Of a stretch of 64,000 nt of DNA, positions 48,100 to 60,324 are shown piece after piece. The notes under the pieces were generated by a model. The model did no database searches and was not told where the DNA came from. It saw only the letters and a list, made by a program, of their open reading frames with translations. The stretch is from the NCBI RefSeq assembly GCF_000002075.1, contig NW_004797329.1, positions 1,497,854 to 1,561,853 of the forward strand, written 5' to 3'. The position numbers were made by a program, and so were the translations under genes. Source of the DNA: Aplysia californica. Taxonomy: Eukaryota. Positions within the stretch are counted from its first letter, which is position 1. The number at the start of each line of letters is the position of its first letter.

Positions 48100-48860
48100 A
48101 AGGCCTCCATTTCTTTAGCAAGCACGATCACTCCAAATAACCAGCCAATCCCATCGGCAATCCTCAATATTGCATTTTTAGGCGCTTACTGTACCAAACC
48201 TTTTCCCCCTATATAATCTGTCTCTTCTGTGAGCTAAATGTTCATTTGCAGCCAATTGAACTGAGAAAGACAGGGTGAGTACTTTTCCCGAGTATGCAAC
48301 ATCTTTTTAGCATCCCCCGTGCTGGATTTCTTCTTGGCTTCTTTCAGTTTCATCCGGACTTTGTCTTCTAGTGCCTTGTACCTTTCCTTTTAATTGACAA
48401 CAGCCCACCGAATTTTCGGTTTCCTTGCCCCTGATTCCTGAGTTTGCTGTTCTGTACCACTCTGGGTCTGGGTGAAAAGAGAAACGACTGAAACACTAAG
48501 CTATCCACGACGTCTTTCATCCTGGAATGATTTGCTTCAAGTCTTACGACCCATCGATCTGCATTGTCTTTTCTTACAGTGAAGCTTCTCGGCTGAGGCA
48601 CTCTCAAGCCTCGCAAGGTGCGAACGTTCTGCTGTACTGCTCGCAAGTGAATCATTTTTTCCTCTTTGTTCTTGCTCGGCCCATATGTCTGCGACTTTGG
48701 AGCGTATTGTTCCTCTTCCATCTGCTCCTTCGCCATCCTGGTGCCCAAGTATGTCTGTTCAGAACCAGGTGGCAGTTTGAGAGGATTTGCTACACCTTCA
48801 CATGTCATTTTCCAGGACCTCCTACCTGAATTGGTCATCGTAATAGGTGGGCCGGATATA
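48100..48860 (-). mobile_element. Degraded 5' part of a Hero-like (RLE-type) non-LTR retrotransposon
   Basis: Decayed zinc-finger-like RTLRGLRV(P)Q, then KPKIRW... segment across stops and frameshifts. Recognised from memory of Hero ORF N-termini. Confidence 0.4.
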
Positions 48861-49379
48861 GAAGTTCAGTCTAGATGCGTTTCACCCCCAAGATCTCATT
48901 CCAGTTAATCCTTCTGTCCAACTACACACAGATTTACCCCAACTGGTGACCTGACCGACTGTTTCGTTGAAACATTGGACGTTAAATTCGGACGCCCCGC
49001 TATTTAGATAACCCAGAAGTGTTGATAAATACGTTAAACCCATACGACGTGTATTTCACTTTTTTCTGACGTTACTGATTGCTAACTGTTAATTGCACAA
49101 AATCAATTTAAAAACTGGCAAACAAAACTGTTTCGTTCATCACGACCCACCATGATTTTAGTTGTTGTAAACAAATTCCACATTGTGTTTATACCTGTCT
49201 CCTTTACTTTACTTTTACTTCATTTTTCGATCCAGCCACCATTTAGTTCTAGCCCGTCGGCCTGTCGATATGGCAAAGAATTTACTGGTTTTTATCAACT
49301 GCGTTTTGTTGTTGTATAGAGTATTTCCGATGTCTGGGGAGGCAGGTAGGCAGGAACTACGCAGGTCGCTAAGTGCAGG

Positions 49380-51535
49380 GCAGGTAAAGTAAAGAGGTGG
49401 TGTGATACTGTTTCATCCTGTCAGTCACACAACGGGCAGTCAAGTGGAGTATCCTTGCGGATTCTATTTTGGTCGGAATTCAGTGGGATGTGTTGCGTTC
49501 GCAGGCGAAAGATAGTGACTTGTTCCCTTCTTCTCAGGGCATTTAGTGCGTCTTTTGAGTTCGGAGCAGTCATGTTTGTCAAAATTTATACAGTTCTTTC
49601 AGTTTTGCCCGTTGCCCATCTATTCAGCCACTGTTCCCTGGTGATGCATTTGATGATGTTCTTGACTGTCTGTTGTGATACTGGGTTTGTGGTTGTGTTG
49701 TGATGCTCTCTTCCTGGCAAGGGTGTCTGCTCTGTCGTTTCCTAGGATGTTTCTGTGGCCAGGTATCCACTGTAAAGTCAGGTCGACGGCATAGGTCTGC
49801 AAGAAGGTGCTAATTATTAGTGTGAGGGTCGTGGCCCCATCCCACTGCAACCAGACCTGTACAGGGGGGCTCTCGGGGCCTAGAGGTTAAGGTGTTCGCC
49901 TCCTAAAGGTCACGGGTTCGAAACCGGGTACCGACCGAAAAAATTGGCTGCGCTTTCGAAATTCACGTTTTCCAAAGCTTGGAGTACTACTGATATTCCG
50001 TCTGAGAAGATGATAGTGTCCTTGATTTTGTTTGGATATATAATGAAAATGTTAGTCTGGTGGCTGATTGCTGCTTCAGTGGTGATTGCCTCTGCCTCGT
50101 AATTTGTACAAGAAGTACCACAAGCATCAAATAGTTTTTCACATGTTTTGTCAGGATGTTCTATTTTTACTCCAAAGCCTGCATTAATAGTTCCCTCGAG
50201 GACTGGCCCATCTGTGTAAATATGAATTGAATCACTAGGGTAGGAGTTAATTGTTTTGAGAGCTGTGGTCTTCAGTTCTACTGGGTCACATACCCTTTTT
50301 CACTGTCTTCTTTATGAGGGAAGTGTTGATGTTGGCGTTCTTGATGTTGGTGTTTGGGGGGAGTTCTGGTCACACGGGTTTCAGCATTTCTCTGTTACAG
50401 TGTAACATAGAAGATGATGTTTTTATGCTAGTTCGGTTGCTGTATCGAGTATTGATCTTCCATGAATTCGTTTCTTTGGTCGTCTCTGTTCAATTATTGT
50501 TCTGTTTGTGTTGTTTTTGTCCAGTCATTTGTTGCGCTCACTCATCTCCTCAACTGCTGCCTCTCTCCGCAAGTCCAAGGGTTCCAGGTTACTTTGGATT
50601 TCACAAGCTGCAGTTGGAGTGGATCTTAAAGCTCCGGAGACAAATCGTACATCTTGATTCTGGATTTTGTCCAGAGACCTCTGAGTTGGTTTGCTGCAGA
50701 TTGTCTGTAGGGTTAAGTTATATTCCATGGCAGAGCGTACATAACTGATAGCTGTATGAGTGGATCCTTGTCCGCTCTCCATGAAGTGATAGCCAGCCGT
50801 CTGAAAAGGTTAAGTCTTTTGTTGGCCTTCGTCTTCAGGTTCCAGATATGTGAGGCATCGTGGTGAAATCAGGCACTCGTCAAAATAATGAAATTGGAGA
50901 AAACAGTTTTCTCCATGCTTAGCAATTTTTTTGGTGTGTTTTTGGGCTCACCACCTTTTATGTCCATTTACCAACAAATTCCGTTGAGGATTTCACCGAA
51001 AAACATTGATTAAAATTAAAAGCACAGAAATATAAATTTACAGTTTCCATGGACTCTCCAGCTTTGCAATTTATAAAGCTTTGGCGGCCATTTTTTCGCT
51101 ATTTTTTCCTCTGAAAGCAGGTGACCCCCACCTTATTCAATCCAAAATATCTGCACGTCTATTGAAGATGGATGGGTAATTTTTTAATTGAAAGCAAGAC
51201 AAGCTTTAAGATTATACCAATAACGCAATATGCCTAAAAATTGACGAGAGCCTGATTCCACCACGCTGCCTCACATATGTTTTTTTACCTGAAAATTGCC
51301 TGTCCTGCTCGATCCCAGGGAAGGTTGCGTTTTCAACTTTTTCTTGTCTGTTTCCTGCAAGTGAGATAGTGAGATTTTGCTTTGCCACTTTGTGGCTTTT
51401 TGTAAAAACGGTGTAGATTGTCTAAGTACACTTCGCTTTTAGTTTACACTTGCAGCAGTAGTTGTCAAATCTATCTAGGTCCTCATTCTTAAGTCTTGCA
51501 CTGATGCCAGCTTGTTTCCTTGAATGCCAGATGGC
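49380..51535 (-). mobile_element. Degraded I-group LINE ORF2 (RT C-terminus + RNase H)
   Basis: LDKIQNQDVRFVSGALRSTPTAACE, IHIYTDG, LQWIPGHRNILGNDRADTLA; interrupted by a SINE head (49819-49975) and MITE S1. Confidence 0.82.
50850..51274. mobile_element. MITE family S1 copy, inserted in a LINE
   Basis: Same TIRs, ATAT TSD. Confidence 0.85.
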
Positions 51536-51741
51536 TTGTCCCCTCAAGCTGAAAGTGATTTGGATTCTAAATATGATAATTTAGGCAGAGAAATCCCTTG
51601 ATTTATATAGATCTATACTATATTCAAATTCCTTTTGTCTTTGGGTTTTTGTTGGTCACCCTAAGGTGGCAAAAACATAAAGAGCCGCGTTCAAGTTCCA
51701 GCAGGGAACACGACCGCGCTGATGGCAATACAACGGGCGCG

Positions 51742-52409
51742 NNNNNNNNNNNNNNNNNNNNNNNNNNNNNNNNNNNNNNNNNNNNNNNNNNNNNNNNNNN
51801 NNNNNNNNNNNNNNNNNNNNNNNNNNNNNNNNNNNNNNNNNNNNNNNNNNNNNNNNNNNNNNNNNNNNNNNNNNNNNNNNNNNNNNNNNNNNNNNNNNNN
51901 NNNNNNNNNNNNNNNNNNNNNNNNNNNNNNNNNNNNNNNNNNNNNNNNNNNNNNNNNNNNNNNNNNNNNNNNNNNNNNNNNNNNNNNNNNNNNNNNNNNN
52001 NNNNNNNNNNNNNNNNNNNNNNNNNNNNNNNNNNNNNNNNNNNNNNNNNNNNNNNNNNNNNNNNNNNNNNNNNNNNNNNNNNNNNNNNNNNNNNNNNNNN
52101 NNNNNNNNNNNNNNNNNNNNNNNNNNNNNNNNNNNNNNNNNNNNNNNNNNNNNNNNNNNNNNNNNNNNNNNNNNNNNNNNNNNNNNNNNNNNNNNNNNNN
52201 NNNNNNNNNNNNNNNNNNNNNNNNNNNNNNNNNNNNNNNNNNNNNNNNNNNNNNNNNNNNNNNNNNNNNNNNNNNNNNNNNNNNNNNNNNNNNNNNNNNN
52301 NNNNNNNNNNNNNNNNNNNNNNNNNNNNNNNNNNNNNNNNNNNNNNNNNNNNNNNNNNNNNNNNNNNNNNNNNNNNNNNNNNNNNNNNNNNNNNNNNNNN
52401 NNNNNNNNN
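51742..52409. other. Assembly gap (probably covers part of the Kunitz gene promoter)
   Basis: N run ending 182 bp upstream of the ATG. Confidence 1.
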
Positions 52410-52591
52410 TCTCGCAATAGTAATACTTTCAGATTTCGCTCCCGTCACAAATTAGCTGCTCGTATTTCCCATGGCCTGTGTCCAGATCTATACTTTTACT
52501 TTTATTGGTCTCTTCCTCAGTGAGACAAGAGCTCAGTTCCAGACTTAACTGCTAGCGATCACGTGACTAGTGACCTTGACCCCGCCCCACC

Positions 52592-52670
52592 ATGAGAGAT
52601 CTGCCGGTCCTGTTTTGTCTCCTGACAACTGTCCTCGCGTTTGGACTAGTAGAGGCGAACACACCCGATT
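52592..52670 (+). CDS. Five-Kunitz-domain secreted protein, exon 1 (signal peptide MRDLPVLFCLLTTVLAFGLVEA-NTPD)
   Basis: Strong Kozak context ccaccATGa, hydrophobic signal peptide ending VEA, t|gtaagt phase-1 donor matching exon 2. Confidence 0.88.
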
Positions 52671-52724
52671 GTAAGTACATGAATGTGTACCTTAGCTTTA
52701 AAAATGTTTGTTCTTTTTTTGGTA

Positions 52725-53281
52725 AGTGTTTTACATCGCTCGCAATGCATAAGGTTATTTTAGCGCGCGGGACACATTACAAATTTTTTAGTAGGAAGAA
52801 ATTTTGAATTTTGCCCAGGTGGTGACCGAAGCCTACTCTTATCGATTTTAGACCACCATGGAATCTTTAACGTGGTCAACTTGCACACAGGACCTCCGAG
52901 ATTTTTCGTCTTTGTTCGAGAAGGCTAGGTCTAGATCTTTCCTACCAGAAGATCAGGGAGGTGGCTGTAAGACAGCAGTAAGAAGGAGCCAGGGAGTAGC
53001 AGTAGACAGGCTGCAGAATGTGCCAGGGGCCCCGAGGAGGGGGCAAAGGAGGTGAAGGGATGGGGGCAGAAAGTGGAGACGAAAGCAGACGGCAGAACAT
53101 TGCTAGAAAGCACGAAAGAAGGTGAAAGGAGACAATTTTAGAGAAGACAATTTTTTTCAGTTGCTACTCGGATTCAAACCCATGACCTTTGAATGAGAGG
53201 TGAACACCTTAACCTCCAGGCCCCGAGAGCCCCCCTGTACAGGACTGGTTGCTGTGGGATGGGGCCTCGACCCTCACACTA
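52725..53281 (-). mobile_element. tRNA-derived SINE family C (V/Meta-like central domain) in the Kunitz intron
   Basis: Minus-strand tRNA-like head (ggcctggaggttaagg...gggtttgaatcc), central ggaggtcctgtgtgcaag..cacgttaaaga..gataagagtaggc..cctgggcaaaattc, shared 3' tail. Partial copies at about 15835-15925, 18830-19230, 20553-20680 and 49819-49940. Confidence 0.72.
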
Positions 53282-53483
53282 AGAGTGGCCTTGATATGGC
53301 ACAGGGGCGAAGGCTGACTTGTTTGACAGGGTAACATAGATGTACACTATACGCACTAGCTTAGATACAGTACGCCCCTCTCTCGCCTTGCTGCGCGATG
53401 GCCACATTTGACAGCGGCGTCCGCCATGTTTTTTGTGGCAAGTTGTGTGAAGGAGTTCATGCTAAAGCAATGGGCTAGGCATG

Positions 53484-53541
<58 letters not shown>

Positions 53542-55779
53542 CGCGACAGGCGAGGCTTGGTTCTTGTTGATTTTTTTTTACATGGGCGCCGTGGCGTACT
53601 ATATCTAAATTACTAAATTGCAGTAATACGGCGTTCTTTCTACAACTAGATCTACAAATAAATGTGTTACTAAATAGATAGAGATAGAGATATGGGCTTT
53701 AGAAAAAAGAAGAAAAAAGAACAACCTTTATTTCTTCATCAGCACTTTATCTACGAGGTGGTTTATTTCTTATTGACCGAATCAAAGCGTATAGGGCCTA
53801 TAGAACTTTTAAAAAGAAGTATGAAAAGATGTGGGTGTCATGGGAACCTCCCATAACCACTCCGCCCTCTCTCTCCTCCCGAATCCCAATACCAACACCC
53901 CCCCCCCCCAGCCCCCTTCAGTATATGAGTTTGGCATTAAATTAAATCAGGATGAGCCATAGGAAAAAAAATCCAGAGTTTTTCAGCCTTTAGGTGTAGG
54001 AATGCAATGAACCTCTTGATAAAGCAAATTCGGTCAAACAAATGATGAATACATGTACTGGTATTTTTAAAATCGAGTTAAACTTTCCCTTGTGACATTT
54101 GAACAGGAAACTGTATTTTTCATTCATATGTTCACTTTTTTAAAAAGTGTACTAAATTATAAGTAGTGTTTTCTTATGTCGGTATTAAATTTTGGTTTAT
54201 ATTGATTTTAAAAACTAAAGTAGACAATATACACCACTTAAACTAAAGCTCCTTCTATTGCTGTTTTAAGTAAGTCTAATTTTGAACATTAGTAAAACAA
54301 CTGTGACAACTCTGGACTCACTAAAGACAAAAAAGTGAACTTAAATGTTGTTTTGTAGCCTAGTCAATTGTTTTTCTACTCAGTGTAGTGATAACTGAAA
54401 CAAAAACCTTTACTAAGATGTTTTTGGACAACATTCAATAAAACAAAACAATAAAAAGTACACTGTTTCAGTTTGATAAAGAAATTTCCTGCCCATTGAG
54501 AAAAAGATTTAGATATAGCTGCTAGTCAACCTTAACTTCACATGGCCTAGAACCTTTCTGATGGCTCTTTTTGTTTTAAAAAAGAAACCCGGAGTGACTA
54601 TTTGTATCTATAAGACATATTTTGCCCTAAAAATAGATGATGTAATAAAAGAAAACAGACATCACTGAACTGCCTGACAGAACCAGTAAGACGTTAATCC
54701 AGAAAGGGACAAGAGGTTTCACATGCTTGCACCTTTAAGAGAATCGCTTTGAATCAAAACATAACGTTAGAATCAAATAAAACACGTAAGACTAAGAGCA
54801 GAGACACGCCCACTCACATGTAAACAAACTTTTTAGCCACATTAAAAATGGCCGCCAACAAACTCAAATGTGTCCGTGTCACGTAACCTCGTACGGACTC
54901 TAGTTTAAAAGGGGGTAACTCTATGCAGGGTAATCAAAGTGAAACGGGATCACAATCAGATATGGCCTGTAGATATCACACAAGAATCTTACTCGAGGCG
55001 GCGACTCTGAGTTGTGAATGAAAACAAATCCGGAATTCATATTGTATGTTCAACCGCCAAAATAATCGGTAATAAATAAGTATCTTATTACATATCAGTT
55101 CCAACTAAAATTAAATTTAACTTTAGATGTGAATACAAAAACGCAAAGCAAAGAAGCAAAGATGTCAGTACTAGATATATATGTTATAGATCTACCAGTG
55201 AGTCTAACTCTTTGGTAGAACTTGACAATTATCATTTTTTTGAAATTTCACATTTGGCTGTTTTTGTTAGCCTTTCGCGGCCAGGAGCTGGTGTCATAAT
55301 CGAGGTCACGATCTGATTATAGGACGGTAAAAGGTCGAGGAAAAAAAACAAGCACATGGAGCAGTCAAGAGATTATTAGGAGTTAGTTCCCCTTACATTT
55401 GTGAGGTAGACTCGACCAGTGTTAGTTAGCTTACATAATCAGGGCTTCTGATTGATTATAGCTGTGGCCCCAAAGGGGTGAACAGGGTATATGTGGCAAT
55501 GAAACAGCTTTGACTGCTATGCACATGTTCCCTTCAAGTCTATTGGTAGACTCTTCCAGCCTCACTTTAAGCTTACTTAATCAAAGCTTGCGACTGCTTA
55601 TGGAGTGGCCCGAGAGGGGTGCTGAGGCTATTTCTGTGGCCGTGAAACCGTTTTGAATGTTAGGCATTCTGTTCATTGTTGATTACGAACGTCTTTTTAC
55701 ATTTAATTTAAGAGGTTTACGTTTAAGAATGAATTTGACAGCCACAATGTTTCGAAATTAGGAAGGGAAGCAGTGATTA

Positions 55780-56210
55780 TTTGATTATATAGACGCTTCG
55801 CCCCTGATATGGCAGCAAGAAAGCTTTGGAGAACGCCTTTCCGACATTTAAAAGAAATAAAAAATTAATGGTTACCACATTCCCTCCAACTTGAACCCTT
55901 CAATTTTTACCTTTGGGGGTTTTTACAGACAATGTGTAGGGAAACCACCCATAAATGATCGAATACTTAAAACTCAGTATTGAACGAATGGTGACTTAAA
56001 CTGAACAATAAAATTGATTCATAAGAAATTGCCAAATTTTGCGTTTCACTTAATTGTGTTCTAAATTCGAACACGCGGTTGATTTTTTTTATATTGACAA
56101 ATGTACAGTACATCTGCTTGAATTTTAATGCCGTATAGTTTTGTTGAAATTGGTTAAAAATGACAGAATTATTGCCCTTTAAACGGGTCCTCTTTTTTAA
56201 ACACCCGGTA
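55780..56210 (+). mobile_element. Tc1/mariner-superfamily relic with one terminus
   Basis: Decayed WQQ.. and LNP..FYLWG..DNV motifs; end aaacgggtcctcttttttaaacacccgg|TA. Confidence 0.55.
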
Positions 56211-56334
56211 AGTCTTCTGGCTTGATTAGTTGTAGCCATGAAGGCCTATTTCAGTAGAAAACAAATCTGTGTCGCTCACATGACTACATTGTGTCCACAG
56301 TGTAATCAAACATGTATTCCAACAAACATAATAT

Positions 56335-56774
56335 GTGAGGCATATGTGTCTGGTGGAATCAGGCTCACGTCAAAATAATAACAGTGAAGAAATTAAAATT
56401 TTTCCGCAGATTTGTGAATTTTTATCGAATTTTGTTTTTTTGGCTCAACACCTTTCATGCCCATTAAAAAAGCCATTTCTGTCTGGATTTTTCTGAAAAA
56501 CGTTGATTGAAGGCACAAAAAATGTAAATTTTCAGTTACCGCGAACTCTTAAGCTAACGAAAGAACTAATCTTTGGCGGCCATTTTCTCACTAATTTTAC
56601 CTTTGAAAACAGGTGACCCCCATCTCCTTCATTCGCAAATATCTCGACTTGTATACAAGATAAATGGATATTATTTTCATCCACATAAAGACAAGTTAAC
56701 AAGCTTTAAGATGATACCAATTACTCTACTTGCCCAAAAACTGACGAGAGCCTGATTCCACCACGATGCTTCAC
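56335..56774. mobile_element. MITE family S1 copy, 59 bp upstream of the Kunitz exon 2
   Basis: Same TIRs, ATAT TSD. Confidence 0.85.
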
Positions 56775-56833
56775 ATATATTTAGGGCCACCAACCTTTAA
56801 ACCAGTCAACAATCTTCTGTTCTCTTCCTCCAG

Positions 56834-57747
56834 ACTGTAGACTTGCAGCAGACCCTGGACCTTGCGAGGCCGCTACGACCAGATACTACTACAACGATAA
56901 AGAAAAGTCATGCCAGCAATTTCTCTATGGAGGGTGTGACGGTAATGAGAACAACTTCTCTACAGAGTCAGAGTGTCAAGCAGCATGCGTGTGTACTCAA
57001 GGATCAAGAAAAATTCGTCGCCTTGGGTGTACAAAACAAGTTTATTTCCACAATGTTTACAGCGGCCATTGCAGACTATACGGCCAGCGAAAAGGCGGAA
57101 AAAACCATAACGGCTGTAATGCAAAAGCTAATCGTTTCGCAAGCGCCGAGGAGTGCAATTCGGTATGTGCGACGTCACACTGCTATCTGAGCCCGAAAAG
57201 AGGACCATGCAAAGCCCGTAACGAACGTTTCTTTTACAACGCACTCAGCGGCAAGTGCCAGAGCTTCATCTACGGAGGGTGTAAGGGCAATCGGAACAAG
57301 TTCGGGTCAGAGGAGGAATGTAATCGAGAATGCACCATACCCATTCAGGGAGGAGAAGACCCGATTAATGTCCACCCGAGATGTCTTCTCCCAAAATATG
57401 GCGGTTTATCTGAATGCGATATTAACAGTATCAGTTATTATTACAATTCCGAGTCCGGTGAATGCGAATCTTTCACCTTCAGTGGCTGCATGGGAAACTC
57501 AAACAATTTTATGACGAAAGAGTCATGTACCAAGAGTTGCATTCTCAATGAGATAGGAGAACACCCGTTTAATGGCCACCCGGACTGTCTTCTACCCAAG
57601 TGGAGCGGTCCATGCAAGGCTCATAACCCTAGATTTTATTACAATTCCGAATCAGGTGAATGCGAGTCTTTCATTTACAGTGGTTGCCAGGGTAACGAAA
57701 ACAATTTCGTGACAAAGGAGTCATGTATTAATAGATGCATTCCCTAA
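56834..57747 (+). CDS. Five-Kunitz-domain (BPTI/TFPI-like) protease inhibitor, exon 2; joined protein 330 aa
   Basis: Long pyrimidine tract + ctccag acceptor. The frame is open upstream of ORF 56989 and adds domain 1 (CRLAADPGPCEA...FLYGGCDGNENNF). Six-Cys domains at 56836-56988, 56992-57168, 57181-57333, 57382-57540, 57586-57738. Confidence 0.95.
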
Positions 57748-58294
57748 AAAATACGAAGTGAGGCTAAACGAGTGCTACGCGGTTTATCCCTTCTTTACCA
57801 TTAAAATTAGGGCACGGAAGAGAGCAGATTTTTAAAATACCCATTAGAGGTATATTCCGCAAGCTTGACGACCTACTGGCACTTATGTTCTCTTTTAGAA
57901 TCAGTTCTTTTAACTTTAACTTTTACTGAACATGGAATGGCACCATACAGCCAGCAGGGTACCTCGAGGAAAGGAGAGGTAATGGCCAGGATATGTCGAA
58001 TCACTAATTTGACGGACTGAATTAAACAATTAACTCGCATAACGTCATGAGGAACCATTGTTTTAAGTCCCCAAGTGTCCCAAGGGAGGATTTCTTTTTT
58101 TTAACTTTTACGGATCTCTGGAGCGTTATCAGATGTCATAAACATACTCGTAATAAGGTCACATTTCGGATTGAACAAAAATTGTAAGCTAAGTTAATTG
58201 TAATAGGCAGTTGCTGTATGAGTTTAGTCGTGTTCCTCGATGAAAGCATTTGTCTGGAGAAAGTTTGCTCGTTTCTCATTTTGTTTTAGTTTCG

Positions 58295-58300
58295 AATAAA
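58295..58300 (+). other. Candidate poly(A) signal of the Kunitz gene
   Basis: AATAAA about 550 nt after the stop, followed by GT/T-rich sequence; ATTAAA alternatives at 57800 and 58021. Confidence 0.45.
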
Positions 58301-58959
58301 CGTTTTATATGTAATCTAGCGCGTGTTCATTTCTCTTATTTGCCGGTGGTACGTGTCTCCAAAGTGTGTCTGAGGACGCTGTTGTGTTCTGTTTCTTTAC
58401 TCTCTATGCATAATATTGTACATCGAGCTTTTCCTTTTTCACTAAATGGCTATTATCATGGTTACCTACTTCTATAATTCTAAAACAAAATCAATAGCAA
58501 ACACACGTAACCATTACCCCCACGGAAGTCCTTAACGCACACACCACAGTTATGCTACTTTTTTTAGTCTACTTTTTCAATGAGGTTAACAAGAACGTTA
58601 TCGGACGTCAGTCCACTAAAATCATCTGTCATAATCCCGTATCGCAGCTTCTGCTTGGATCTGAACCTGCAATTGATGCAATAATATGGCCATGTATGCC
58701 AACCATGTGCAGTTCATAATTTCCTTAGACATGGTCTTCGAAGAAAGTTAGGGAACACTTATGGAATTAAACAAAAGGAGAACAAAGAGACAAAAACAAA
58801 TCTTGTCTTTTTACAGATCGTTTTTTAATATCGAAAGAAACATGTAATAACCTCAAACATTGTCACAAATTAACTCCAACAACAGTACATAAGGTGGAAT
58901 TGGTACCCCAAAAATAAAATAAATAAAAAATAAAAAATGAAGGTTTCAAAACAAGGCTC

Positions 58960-59400
58960 AATAACGAGAATGTCTTCCATTATTAGCCAAACACTCTCTG
59001 CATCTAGTGTTCATATATAGACCTACCAAGTTTGCTGAAGATTGTGAAGGAGCTGGTCAAGAGCTCTTGCTGTTGGGTAATTTTCCTGAACATGGCGCCC
59101 CTAGCTCGTCTCATACATGTTCAATTGGGTTTAGATCAGGAATGTCTGTTAATTCCATTTTGAGCAATGAAATCGTTGATAACACGAGGACGGTGTGGCC
59201 TGGGGTTGTTTTCCTGAAAGATTGCACCAGCACCAATCAGCTGCAGCTGTGAGACCCCTAGAGGTTTTACAATTTCATCATGATAGCGAAAGGCATTGAT
59301 GTTGCCCTACATGTGGTAGAGAGGCGTCATGATGTGAAGAGATCCCATCTCACACTATCACAGAACCTCCCCATAGGCCACCTACACAGATACGTTCCAA
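58960..59400 (-). pseudogene. Tc1 transposase relic
   Basis: FQENNPRPH (cf. FQQDNARPH) and PDLNPIEHV*DELG on the minus strand. Confidence 0.75.
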
Positions 59401-60324
59401 GCTGCCGGTTCGGCATGGAAAGGCAAACCTGGCAGTAGAACTGCATAATTTGTAGACAAAAGACTGCTAGAAAAAAGTTAAACCGGGAGGCCGAACCAGC
59501 GGTTTCAACGTGTGGATTTTCTTAATACAGTTCAGCGCGTTCCGTCGACGGCAGCCTTTGTGTGACCTCGCGGGCTTCACCGGCTTATCTTGTCACTGCC
59601 AATATCTTCGAAATTATGATTTACCGCACATAAAATCTGATTACATTTTTTTAAACGAGCGACCGATTTTTTAGGCAAGAAACGAGCAGGATTTGCGTTT
59701 TTAAAAAACAATTAAAGAGAAAGCAAAATTTTTCCCCATAAGCAGCACATAAATTGCAAGCAAATCGTCATTGTCAGTAGACTCACTGCGGTTAAACCAC
59801 GCGTGATATGGATGACGCGCAGACCCGTCGAATAGCAGTTTTCCGCGGCGGTTCGAACGCCGGTTTCCACTCAGGTTAAAACTGCCCGGTTGGAAAGCTA
59901 GGCCCCCTATCTTTTTTTCTAGCAGCTTTTCATCTTCATCTACGGTTCTGCCTCCAGGTTTGCTTTTCCATTCCGAACCGGCAGTTTGGAACGTAGATGT
60001 GTAGGGGGATCTTTGATGCTGTGTATTCCCGTCTCTCCGCTCGTTCACACCAAACACACAGACGAGCGACATCGTTCTAAAACGGGCCACACCTGACACA
60101 GGCCGTCCTCAAGGCCCGGCATCAATTGAACAGCTCAGAACTAAAGTAATCACACACACACCTACAATCCAAAAGGACTACATAAAAGTAAGCGTAATTT
60201 GTGTACAGAAATTACAGCGCCACAATTATTGTAGCTCGTCTGTCAGGAGCCGTCGTTGGGCAGTGTGTCAGCTGAGCTCGCGACAGGCCAGTGTATACCT
60301 CTTAGTTGTACATGTGCTTTGTTT

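Noticed and set aside
49833-49900. HDV-like ribozyme (GGCCCC/GGGGCC as P1)
   Set aside because: No P3/L3/P1.1 or catalytic J4/2 arrangement could be built.
49864-49940. tRNA gene
   Set aside because: A and B boxes are present but the anticodon arm and acceptor stem are broken; it is the head of SINE family C.
43976-52455. Long ORFs of 230-340 aa in the ORF track
   Set aside because: Artefacts of translating through N gaps.
56843-57190. Separate 115-aa ORF
   Set aside because: Alternative frame overlapping the Kunitz exon.
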